Positions 11,525-22,786 of a stretch of DNA of 37,098 nucleotides are shown here, in pieces. The stretch's first letter is position 1. Each line of letters begins with the position of its first letter. The notes under the pieces were generated by a model that worked only from the letters and a program-made list of their open reading frames with translations, did no database searches and was not told the DNA's origin. The position numbers and the translations under genes are program-made. This DNA is from Phoronis australis (lineage: Eukaryota; Animalia; Phoronida): contig NMRA01001198.1 of assembly GCA_002633005.1 (NCBI GenBank), positions 1 to 37,098 of the forward strand. The letters are read 5' to 3'.

Positions 11525-11747
11525 CAACAGGGGGATGATGATGGTTGTAATCTACAGCATCATAGGAAAGGACATAAATAATGCCAGCTATCGTACCAGG
11601 ATTGGAGCATTCGTTACCATTGAACTTGAAGAACCATCTGCTACAGGCAATGCCTTGCAAATTAGTAGCATCTGGGCGTTGTCTCATGTCACCTTGGTAA
11701 TAAACGCGTATGTAACTGAGCGAAGTCTGTTTTACATAGTTAACGTC
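11525..11747 (-). CDS. CTHRC1: CTHRC1-like gene 1, middle exon, version B (allele or tandem alternative exon)
   Basis: Acceptor tgtatattttag| and donor |gtgggt. The 223 nt translate DVNYVKQTSLSYIRVYYQGDMRQRPDATNLQGIACSRWFFKFNGNECSNPGTIAGIIYVLSYDAVDYNHHHPPV. The frame is open and the phases match version A. Confidence 0.85.
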
Positions 11748-12288
11748 CTAAAATATACAAACAAATGTTGTCAGCTCAGAATCATTTAGCGCGTTCGTAA
11801 CTCAAAGGCAATTCTCAAAAGTGGCACGGTGCACCCGTTGACAGTTGTCACCACCTAATCACCAATGGTTAATGGCTGCAGGCTTGCTGTCCAGCATGCC
11901 TTTGACACCTTTGCGCCTCTATAATATGAAGGCGCCCTAAGGTGAAGATTCGATAGTACGAAAATCAGAAAAACCTAGATCTAAGGTTATATGTCCAAAG
12001 GTTACGTAGAACCGACATCGAGTATTGTGGTTGTACTGTCGAAGCTTCGGACTAAGAGCCTTCGGGCTACAGAAACTTTGGACTATAGACATGAAGCTCT
12101 TACAAGAGAAGTTGACCTATTCATTGCATTGCAGTGTAAGTACATAATGACTATTAATAGAACCATTCACAGGATAGCCAGGAATGACAAGATTGTAGAT
12201 AATCCAAGAGGCCGCAAAAAGGCAACCCTAATTGCAAGTTCTACAGTTTTAAGCACGGCACAATCGCTCTTAGCTACTAAAGTCAATG

Positions 12289-12939
12289 TGAATGAATTCT
12301 CATGAAGTTAATCAAAACAGTTTGTTATATAACAATTCCTGACATCTTGCGTTGTTGTTAATTATGCCACTGACCATTGCCCACTCATGGTGAAACCCTA
12401 TATGCCAAACAGCTGTCCAGACTTCATTCATGTTTATGAGTTGGATGAAATCACCGGAACTCTCAATATTGCTGTNATGAATTCTCATGAAGTTAATCAA
12501 GTGCAAATTTCATCATTTCCTATGACGTTCAACTATCCCAACAAAACAGTTTGTTATATAACAATTCCTGACATCTTGCGTTGTTGTTAATTATGCCACT
12601 GACCATTGCCCACTCATGGTGAAACCGTATATGCCAAACAGCTGTCCAGACTTCATTCATGTTTATGAGTTGGATGAAATCACCGGAACTCTCAATATTG
12701 CTGTTGTTTTGCACTTCCAACCCACACATAATTCTATTCACTATATATATTGTAGCTAGAGTTAATAAACTTAGTGTGTCAGTAGAAACTCAACCGCTAT
12801 GTTAGCTTTTATGCTGCTCTCCATCGACTTGCTGTTGCTAACTTGTTAGCCAACTATCTACCGCTCAACCAAGAACCGGGTAACCCCGTCTATACTACCA
12901 CGACATATCCGTGTCTCTACATTACTGATATTTCCACCA
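12289..12939 (+). repeat. 5' LTR (first ~190 bp duplicated across N12476)
   Basis: Homologous to 14769-15216. TATA-like ctatatatat at about 12741, aataaa at about 12764, ends ccacca just before the PBS. Confidence 0.85.
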
Positions 12940-12943
12940 TTGT

Positions 12944-12961
12944 TGGTGCCGTACCTCGGAT
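12944..12961 (+). promoter_or_regulatory. Primer-binding site, tRNA-His type
   Basis: TGGTGCCGTACCTCGGAT matches the complement of the metazoan tRNA-His(GTG) 3' end (TGGTGCCGTGACTCGGAT) at 16 of 18 positions, 4 nt after the LTR end. Confidence 0.75.
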
Positions 12962-14553
12962 GGATGTCAACTGCCAAGATGCCAGAATGAACGTCTTCCG
13001 AAGGAGAGCCATCAAAGGGCAAATCACACAGATTGTGAAGGCCTCTCATAAACTCATGGAAGAAGACGAGGACACACCCGACACGACAGCGCAACTCGCG
13101 AAATACATGGATGATCTACACGGAAAGATCAAAACAGTAACCGAACTGTTCACCAACTCGACCCAGACCAACTGGATAATTATGCAGAAGACACGCAGTC
13201 CTACCTGGATGAAGTGGGAAATCAGCTTCGGGACATGAGAGTCCACTGCAAGACGAATACATGTCAAAGCACACCTACAAGTGAGTCAAATATCTCGACA
13301 ACACGCCAACACTGACCAAAGCCCAGCCCAAGACGACGATCAACCTCCCAAAACTGCATCTACCTTTATTCTCTGGAGACCAACTGAAATGGTTGGAATT
13401 CTACCACTCATTCGAAGCTGTTGTTCATAAAGATGCCACCCTTGCTCCGATCCCGAATCTTCAATATTTACGCGCTGAACTCTCTGGTGACGCCGCCAAA
13501 GTCATAGAAGGTCTACCACTATCAAACGATTCCTATGAAGCCGCCTTGAAGCAACTGAATGACAGGTATGGTAACACTGAAGATCTAGTTACTCATTACA
13601 CTACAGCGTTGCTGAACATCCCTGCCCCCTCATCCGGTGCTGCCAACTTACGTCGATTCCACGACAGTGTTAACACGTGCCTACGTGGTTTATAGACCCT
13701 AGGACATGTCGCCACCCAAGATCATGTGCTTGTGACCATCATACGTCAAAAGATACCGAAGGATGTGCTAATTCAATTAAATCGTGACCATGTGGGAGAA
13801 AAATGGTCCGTCAAACAACTGATGAATGACCTTGACAAGAAGATCAAGGCCAACCAAGCTGGAAATTTTACAACTACTGATGTAAGTACAGATTGTTATA
13901 AAACTTCTGCCTTTTATACTGGGAATCGCCCAAGGCCAACTTACGGTTCAACTCCAAGTGCCAATAGACGACCCTGTCAGCCAAGATTCACTCCACCGAA
14001 GTACCCCAACCCGAGGAACAACACCCACCGGAACTCGCAACATAGACAGCCGCCTCAGCGCTCACCCCGATGTGTTTTTTGTAACCAAGGCCACACTGCT
14101 TATCAGTGTACATCTGTGACTGATGTCAAAAAACGACAGGACATCGTGAAACAAGTTCGATTGTGCTTTAACTGTTTATCTGACCGACACCTGCAACGAG
14201 ATTGTCCATCCAAGTTTTCCTGTCGCAACTGTGGACAGAAACACCACACCTCGTTGTGCAATGCCACCATGAATCAATCATCGCCGCTGAATTGCCCGTT
14301 GATTCAACAAGCGAAATCCTCTGCCGAGACGCCTACGAGTCCAACCCCCCAAGATACACATGTGAAGCTGACACCCATGTCAGGACCAATCTTATTGAAG
14401 ACTGCCGTTGCCACCATATCAAGAGGATCAGCCTATGCAAAAGTTAACGTATTATTTGATGATGGATCCCAACGCACGTCAATGACACACCGTGTTGCAG
14501 AGAAATTGGGTATCCACCAAAATGACTGTCCTACTGAAAAGATCAGCTGTTGA
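12960..14553 (+). pseudogene. BEL/Pao gag (DUF1759-type) plus N-terminal part of aspartic protease; disrupted
   Basis: LPKLHLPLFSGDQLKWLEFYHSFEAVVH...LQYLRAELSGDAAKVIEGL...LRRFHD. Three Cys/His knuckles CVFCNQGHTAYQC, CFNCLSDRHLQRDC, CRNCGQKHHTSLC. Protease motif LFDDGSQRT. In-frame TAG at 13693-13695 and frame disruption in the 5' part. Confidence 0.9.
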
Positions 14554-14768
14554 TCGAAAAAGAAAGAATCAAGCGTTTATTCACCCAAGACCAAGATAAA
14601 CATTCAGATTAATTGTAAAAGTCAAGCAGTGACTATGTATTCCGTGCATAACCATATGACTAGTTTGTGTACTTGTATTCTTAATTTGATATGATTTTAA
14701 GTGAGTGCAACATAACTTTACAGTGGATTGTTAAATTTTGAATATTTTCACCTTTTCGGCCGGCGGAG

Positions 14769-15216
14769 TGTCATGAATTCTCATGAAGTTAATTAAGAGC
14801 AAATTTCATCATTTCCTATGACGTGCAACTATCCCAACAAAACAGTATATGTTATATAACAATTCCAGACATCTTGTGTTGTTGTTTACTATGCCACTGA
14901 CCAGTGCCCACTCATAGTGAAACCGTATATGCCAAACAGCTGTCCAGAACTCTCAATATTGTTGTTGTTTTGCACTCACAACCCACACATATTTCTATTC
15001 ACTATACATATCGTAGCTAGAGTTAATAAATTTGTGTGTCAGTAGAAACTCAACCATTGTGTTTGTTTTTATGCTGCTCTCCATCGACTTGCTGTTGCTA
15101 CCTTGTTAGCCAACTATCTACCGTTCAACCAAGAACCAGGTAACCCCATCTATACTACCACGACATATCCCCACACTAGTGGAATCCGTGTCTCCACATT
15201 GTTGATATTTCCACCA
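14769..15216 (+). repeat. 3' LTR
   Basis: Starts TGTCATGAATTC after ggccggcggag (degenerate PPT position) and ends tttccacca, followed by the TSD caatg. Confidence 0.88.
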
Positions 15217-16663
15217 CAATGTTCTACACAGCAGAATCCAAGCGGATTGATAGAGGTGTCAGAGAGGCAGTGCTGGTCAAAGTTAAAATTAGTTATTGTG
15301 GTTTTGACTGATTTTCTTTTCATTTCAACTTATATCTCTATTGCATCATTCATTCAACAGTGATTTTGAGCGCAAGAAGTTAGGAATTTCTACCTACATA
15401 TGTTTGGGCGTCAAGCCTGCAGAGCGGGGCTTAGATAATTTCAACCTTCCCTGTGTCTGCTCAATTTGGTACTCGTAAAAAACCCCTCGACCCTCAGTCA
15501 CCAACCTTGGTTGCCATCAGTGTCACCAAGGTTTCATTCCTGATGATCTGCAAATTATTTTGTGGCATGCTCACCGGTTATTTGGTTCCTACGGCCTAAC
15601 ATGAATACAGAGGTAATTTTTAAGTAAGTAGCCTCTGACAGATTGGGATCGGTAATGACCTAATTAAACAATATAGACAATCAAACGAAGACTAATGAAA
15701 CTCGCACGTTTCAGAGTATCATCGGATAGTGAAAGCCGATTCAGTAGCTGAATTTAAAATAGAGAGCAAAACAGCCAAAGGCGCTGTTAAGTTTTCCATT
15801 ATTTGGCAAAAACCTTAACGTCAGAAGGCCACAACTGCAGCAAATCTTCAAATTTTTGACACGCCTCATCCAAGAAGGTATAATTTCCCTCCCGACATTC
15901 ACGTTGATACCAGTAGTGCTTTATTCTATAACAGTCCAGCCAAAAAAACAACAACTTGAATTACTTGCCAACGATGCTTCATAAACAATTGGTTAACCTT
16001 AATTGTAGTTATATCGCGACATTTATGAGTTTCATTATCCCGTCTTTACAACAGTTTCATGACACCAATCCTGCGAATTCTGCGCCATTACTGAAACAGC
16101 GTATGTCTACCTATTAGCTGAGTAGTGACTAGTCTACCAATGTGTAATTAAGACACTTTGTACTGACCTTCTATTTCATAGAAAGTCTGACTTTGTCTCA
16201 CAGTCGTTGATTTTGTGAAATTCTACAGACCCCAAATAATTCAATAGGGGATCCATTCGTAGAACCACGAGATCTTTTTGCAAATGCAAGCCCATTGACA
16301 TTTACGGCCATTGTAAGCCGTCATATACACATAGACTTGTGGGAGAGCAGTCATCCCATGCCGCACTGGTAGTAGGCATAAAAGACTTATAGAGTTTACT
16401 TCACTTTGATAGTATTTCAAGAAGACAGAACTAGAAGCTCAGAAGATCCAAAATCGACTGCCAGCTTACCAAGCAAACGACCGACTGTGTCACATTTTTT
16501 TGAGTCTGAACTGGATGAATAGCATCAAACAAATCTACTCTCCCGGTGAGATTGCATGCGCACCCGTCGATTTTGCTATCCGTAAATAGATCAATGGATG
16601 TACATTTGAAAGGTTGGTTTGTGTATCTAAGATATCAACGCAGCTGAAGGGATGTGAACTTAC

Positions 16664-16770
16664 AATAAATCCAATATGACCGTTATCGGTTTCAGAATTT
16701 CCTGCCCACCACCGCCACTGGCGAATATTGTGTACTGGAAGTCGGTGAACAACACCATCGGGAGATATAA
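16664..16770 (-). CDS. CTHRC1: CTHRC1-like gene 1, upstream exon (start of the C-terminal domain)
   Basis: Acceptor cttaatttcag| and perfect donor |gtaagt. The 107 nt (phase 1 to 0) translate xISPDGVVHRLPVHNIRQWRWWAGNSETDNGHIGFI, resembling CTHRC1 [21 protein letters not shown]. It joins in frame to DVNYVK. Confidence 0.72.
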
Positions 16771-18282
16771 CTGAAATTAAGATATAGGTTACTAGATGAC
16801 GAGGTTGTCACCAAAGTGGCACTAAACCATGATGCTGATAGCTCTTCCCAATCCCACAAGGCGTCTAAATGTGGGAAATAACTGTCTTTCTGAGCATTAA
16901 ACTTTATAGAACGCTCTCAGCAAAAACAAAAATTTGATGTGCTTTGTCTCTATTATAACAATTGCAAAAATATGGCCCGAATTTACGTTTAATGGGAAAC
17001 GTTATGCTGCAGGATTTAGTATACGATTAAGACAAGAGTTTTCACTCTCTTGCATTAACAAACCTTGTAACGACTCTAATTTTCTAAAAAAATTGGAGAG
17101 AAATCGGAAAGAGGGAACATCAGAGGTCTAGAAGTTTGAGCCAGAGAAAATTGCGACGGCAGAACACAATGGTTCTGAAAACATGGTGCATGGAATACAA
17201 CAGTACCTGGGAATATTGGAACACGGGAACGTCGGATGAAAGCTGTAGGGGAGGAAAATGTAAGTTCCTGGAAATATCGACATTAGCCTTAAAAGCGGTA
17301 ATAAAACAATTTTTACAGAAACAAAAAACGTTACTTCTGACTTCGAAACTGAAGTCAAAATGGATCCAAAATATGTTGCAAGTTTGGCAATTTTATATTT
17401 TAGAGAATTGGTCAACTGGTGTGCTAACAATATTTGACCAAATTCATCCGCTGGAATGCGCAATAACCCGTCTGTCCAATAATGCATCCAAGGGATGTTT
17501 GTGCAGGCGTCAACTCTGTTTCCGTTTTTTGTGTAATTATGCATCCACCGGTTTGCCGTTTTAAAAGTTCAGCTGTAAAAGTATCATTACGTTTGTACTT
17601 TGTGGTTCGCATATTTGGGAAAAGGAGGGAAAGTACAATGTCAGTAATGTTTGTGAGTATCTGGTCAAGAGCATGTATTATTTTGGAAATGTGCAAGGAA
17701 TTGTGACGTTGCCCGTCAACCGAATCCATGATACTGTCCACTGCAATTATTCAAACCACGTGACTGACGTAATTTGGACATTGTGAACGATTTCTAACCA
17801 CTTCTTAACTCTTTGTGCCTTGAGTGCGTCATCTCGTACAGATTGCAAGCTGAATTCTAATACCTTCTTGTCCAAGAAGTGGACCATGCTCGTTCCTAAA
17901 ATATGCATTGTATGTACTGATTAGGTCTTTCCTCAGTTTCCTGGATATACATGGCCTCCGATTCGATAATACAGAAGTGGTTTTGTTCGTACATGTAGCT
18001 TTTGAAGTTTATACGTTTCCGATTGACTGTTAGTGTGCACACAGATTTTGCACGAAAAGAAACTACCATTGCATGTACACAAATGGAGGCCATAATTATG
18101 GGATGAACAAATAAGGACTTCAGGATAAGTGAAATGTTAAGATCAATGTTGAGAAATTTATAGATATCAATCATATTACATTTGCTGGATGACTTCTAGG
18201 ATGGGTGACTTATCAAGCGTCCGCAGTATTCCAACTGATCCAGACGTGATATGAATGCTCATAGTTGGTGCCGTTACATAGT

Positions 18283-19801
18283 ATTGAAATAAAGTTTGTT
18301 ACCTATCGGTAGCCTGGATTTATTTAAAAACCTAGCTTTCGTCGGGGTACTGGAGCGATTTCTGTGTCATGTGGGGTGGGCGGTACTTCGCGGTCGTCAA
18401 ACTTCACCTGGTGGGCGTAACTTGAGAGGAGACGCTGATAAATCGCAATTCGTAACTACTGTCTCTGTTCAACTCTAGTTTGCCAACGACTAAATGAGAA
18501 TTCCGACAATGGCAACTAGGTAAAGCGTGTTTTACTGGGAGTAATTAATTGTGGTAAACAAACAGTACAAACACAACAAGGAACATGCAATATCATAATA
18601 ACTCACTAAAATTGCTACACAGTTAGAATGTCCTGAAGATTAAACTCGCTGAAATATCACACATTTAGACTGGGAAACTAAAATACCGGTGGTCTCGCCC
18701 AACTTCCGTTATGGCCGGGCGGCTGACGGCCAACAATGAACGACAGAATACCATTTGGTGGCTAAATAAATTGAGGAAGAAAACTTGCCGAGGTGCCAAA
18801 CAGTACCACATTAGTATTAATAAGTCTCTTATAACTGAAAATCAAAAGCAATTTGGCAATTGATTATTTCCCGGCGAAGAGTCACGGCAGTTGTAGGGAA
18901 ATTACTTCACTGGTTACTGTACGTGTCCGAGCAGTAACGTCAAGTACAGGTGCGCATTATTGTAATTATGGTGTATAACTCACTACTTTTAGATAAAATT
19001 TGTTTTTGTTTGTGGATTTTTTTCGCTGCCGCAGAAATGCGCTCACACGTGCGGGTAGTCACAAAGCGATTGCTCACTCCTGGCTGGTACTTTGCATCAG
19101 TTTCACGATATGGTGGTAATGATACGACATTTGATTATGTAGAAAGCTTTTTTCCTCTAATTTATTACCTACACGGGCACTGCTGCTGAAATTTGACGTA
19201 CCCTCACGATGAGACAGTAGCCGATTATGCATTAAATACCATTCGCCATAAGCAAAGAACAGGTAAAATTCGGACAATAAATAATCAAACTTGTATAAAA
19301 AGAACCAAAATGAGAATCCAAAACAACCCGACACAACAACAACACATTTACGCTCACTGTGATATCAATACGTTTTCAAGGACAATATGACCTTCATTCA
19401 GGAATCGTCCCCAAACTGGTGTACAGGACCTCTGGTCACGGAAATAGACGGTAATAATCGGTGATTCTCTGATCTGTGCTCAAAAGACTTTTATTTTGAT
19501 AACAGAAAGAAGGTAAACATAATGCCATGTTACTTATTACTTAATTTGGTATACATTTTTCAGTTTTTGAAGTAGATTCCTCTTTGAGATGACTTTAAAG
19601 GATATATTTGTACACCTGAAATCATGAGTAACAGACCAGAGTTGAACAGAGATCGTGGTTATTAATTACTTGCACGTCCTATCAAGTGACAATCGCCAAC
19701 CCTCGCCAAGCCAGTGCCCCGATAAGGGGCCCAAGACGGGCACAAAAGCTAGATTCTTAAATATAACCAGGTCGCCGATAGGTAGCAATCTTTATTTTAG
19801 T
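18283..19801. mobile_element. Probable old non-autonomous DNA transposon bounded by ~200-bp diverged inverted repeats
   Basis: 18283-18485 (aaataaagtttgttacctatcggtagcctgg...tctctgttcaactct) is the reverse complement, with divergence, of about 19630-19801 (agagttgaacagaga...ccaggtcgccgataggtagcaatctttatttt). Confidence 0.6.
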
Positions 19802-20189
19802 TCCAGAAGTAGTTTACTCGAATGTGCAGGCTGTAATTGACTTACTTACATGAAGTTACAGCAGCCAAAGTTTGCAGGTAAACAATTTGCACACATACAA
19901 ATCATGACTTCTAGAGCGGATCATTTCTTGTTTGCAGTAAGTGGTCTACCTTCACAGTGACCCAGAAATGACAGAATGGTTTTAGCACCAATTGCATAAT
20001 TAAATATTAAAAAGTCACAGGAAGTTTCTGCTCGATGGACTGTTTGCCAAGAAGTGCAAAACAAAACTTTGAAAATCCATTAACCACTTAAAGGAGCTCT
20101 CTAGAACGAATCTTGTGGTGCACACTATTTCACCTGTTCTAGAAATTACCAGAACTTGCTTATTCATAAATGGTCATTTTCAAAATTAC

Positions 20190-20830
20190 ATCAGTCAATC
20201 AATCAATCAATTAATCAACAATCACTTATTTTAGTGACGTGTAGCAATCGCTGCCCAACCACAACTTGGGCTTATAAGTCACCATTTCCAAAGAGAATAT
20301 ACGAGAACGCACAAAAAGGCAACACATGCATACAGTGACAAAAAGAAAACCAGACTAACCTTCTCAATCATTATCAATCAAATTGTAAGTACCAACTTTT
20401 TTCGCCTGAGAAATGCATTATGAATAAAACTGGTAACTAATGTACTCATAGTGGTGTTAGTCATCAAGAAAACTTGTTCTGAATTCCTAGCTCAGACCCA
20501 CATGACCTCTGCAAATAACCCGTTCTGAGAACAGTGTAGCGAAATGTATTTCATCCCCTACACATGAAGCAGTGCAAAAATCGCACAAATGCTTTTCAAC
20601 CGGAGTACAAACATAGAAAGGGACACTTTTCCACTTCCAGTAGCACGAGTCCACATCTAAATTGAGAAAAGAGGAATTTCTTTTTTCTAGAAATGCTCAT
20701 TTTTAAATAAACGTCTGTTTGATAATAAATTTTAAATAATTGATAAGTTCTTAGCTTGGGTTTGCTCAAAATTTCAGTCCTACATTCAGACTGAGAAAAA
20801 TTCATCAGTTTAATTTTGGCATTTTACAGA
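20190..20830 (-). mobile_element. 3' fragment of a non-LTR retrotransposon (CR1/L2-group-like ORF2 C-terminus) with (TTGA)n tail
   Basis: EILSKPKLRTYQLFKIYYQTDVYL...FSQFRCGLVLLEVE, followed by PVEKHLCDFCTASCVGDEIHF (degenerate C-terminal Cys/His knuckle). A (tcaa)n microsatellite at 20190-20225 lies at the 3' end. Confidence 0.75.
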
Positions 20831-21637
20831 GCAACAGATGTCAAATTTAAAATAAAACTGAAACAATCATAATGCACAATATGTCTTCATCCTGGAAGTC
20901 GTCCAGAAGTAACTTGCGCATTTGCATATTGATTTCATGCAAAAAATCAACTTGGCTGATGGTCCTCCTTAAAAACAAACTGTTATTGTAATTGTACCTC
21001 ATGTCAAAATTACCTGAAGATTGAGCTAACGGCTACTGACACCTGTGAGAGTGATTCAGGTATACAGCCTCCGTTCACAACAAATAACTTCTGATTCAAA
21101 CCACATACCGTTTTGAAGTAGGTCTAAAATTGTTCTTAAGTGAAAATAGTTGCTTGAGACTAAGCTCTACATGTTGAGTTGTCACAACACGGCAGATTAT
21201 ATGCTGGGTATGGTCTCAAGCTATAATGAATTGTCAGTTTTTGTAAGGCCGAAAACCAAGAACATGCTGCGGTAAATACTTTAGTGATAAGAGCTCCTGG
21301 TGGTGATGGGATGTACTATTCACTTCAAACGACAAATGAGTTACCTGCCGTCTCTATTTTATTTCCTAGTTATTTTTCTGTCTCCTGTCAGCTGTTGTGA
21401 CAGCCCATTACGACTGTATTACTTTTTTGTCCGGCATAGTTTTCAGTTCTTCTCACACTTTCACCACTCACCGCTCAAAGGCGTTTTCATCTTCGTAATG
21501 TCGATCGATAGTGACGACACCATCAGTCCAGTGGCGGCTTGAATAGCGAGGTCTATTATACAACTAGCACCGAATGATGATTGTGTTGTTGTGAACACGG
21601 CGTTGAATACTAATTGATCAATTGTTATCCGATTATT

Positions 21638-21664
21638 ATGATGACAACGATGATGATGATGATG
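21638..21664. repeat. (GAT)n microsatellite, interrupted
   Basis: atgatgacaacgatgatgatgatgatg. Confidence 0.7.
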
Positions 21665-22573
21665 AACTACACATAGGACTGTAACTCTTGAAATGCTTAA
21701 CTTACAGATGGCGTTGTCTTTCAAATGCCATGTGAAAGGGTGAATTTGGCATTCAATTTATTACAAACATTCTATTTTGTCTCACGAAAATTTCCTGCTA
21801 GGTCACATACCAATGAGATGAAATTATTAAGTAAGACCTTTAGTTAACGTACTTGTTAGAAAAATTTAAAGAACTTGACAGCCCTCAAAGGTGCGTCTCT
21901 ATGCCCGAAAGGTGCTTTTGGCCACGTGACGTGATGGTTTGTCCTTTGGGAGGCATAAATTCCCAAAAGGCGTTCGACGCACTGATGACCAGCGCACGGC
22001 CTTCGTCTGTGGGGCCTGTTCGAAGACAGTAACACTGTCTAACTGAACTCTGACATGAGAGTTGTTGTATACTAGTTGACAATAAATGGAAGATTTCAAT
22101 TTGTGCTTGTATGTCTCACGGGATGACCGAAAATGGAATTCATGACAGGTGAATACATACAGTATTGTATTGTGGAAAGTACGGACTACAAACCTCACAC
22201 TAGCGTAAATACTTTCCGCCTGACTTCTTGGATAGGTGACTTGTCGTGTACAATAAGTCACCTGTCCCGGAAGTGGTTTGTTCATCTATTCATTTGTGTT
22301 ATTTTAAAGCTATTTTTATCCTTGCAGTCAAAATTCTTCAAAAGCTCGCTATTTACTTCAAAGACAATGGTTTTTTTTTCGCCAGCATCAAAGGAAAGGA
22401 ACAGATGACTTCTTCAGGATAGTTGCTCTCATTCTTTGTCTCAAGACATTTAAGAACACATTTTATGTCAAATTTCATAGACATACTTTGAAAATGATAA
22501 ATTAAAGTGCGATTTTGTTTAGAATTTGTGTCAAAACCTCTGTTTACTTTGAAAATTTTGGCAATAGTAAAAA

Positions 22574-22786
<213 letters not shown>

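Larger units (their letters stand above)
10565..12155. repeat. ~800-bp diverged tandem duplication across N11378 containing the two middle-exon versions
   Basis: About 10565-11377 versus 11379-12155. Both copies start gggacaggctttt and share the later cttcggact repeats and attgcattgcagtgta. Confidence 0.85.
12289..15216 (+). mobile_element. Internally deleted BEL/Pao LTR retrotransposon, inserted antisense in an intron of CTHRC1-like gene 1
   Basis: Direct LTRs with TG...CA ends, 5-bp TSD CAATG (12284-12288 and 15217-15221), PBS, BEL-type gag and start of protease. No RT, RNase H or integrase motifs before the 3' LTR. Confidence 0.9.

Noticed and set aside
17428-17572. Possible further upstream exon of CTHRC1-like gene 1 (acceptor ttttacag, ELLKRQTGGCIITQK...GCIIGQTG)
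   Set aside because: The acceptor is good but only weak phase-compatible donors exist and I recognise no homology. It cannot be supported without transcripts.
19845-19900. Hydrophobic stretch FVCVQIVYLQTLAAVTS before a gtaagt donor on the minus strand, like a signal-peptide exon
   Set aside because: That frame has an upstream stop and no in-frame ATG. The ATG-initiated frames do not look like signal peptides.
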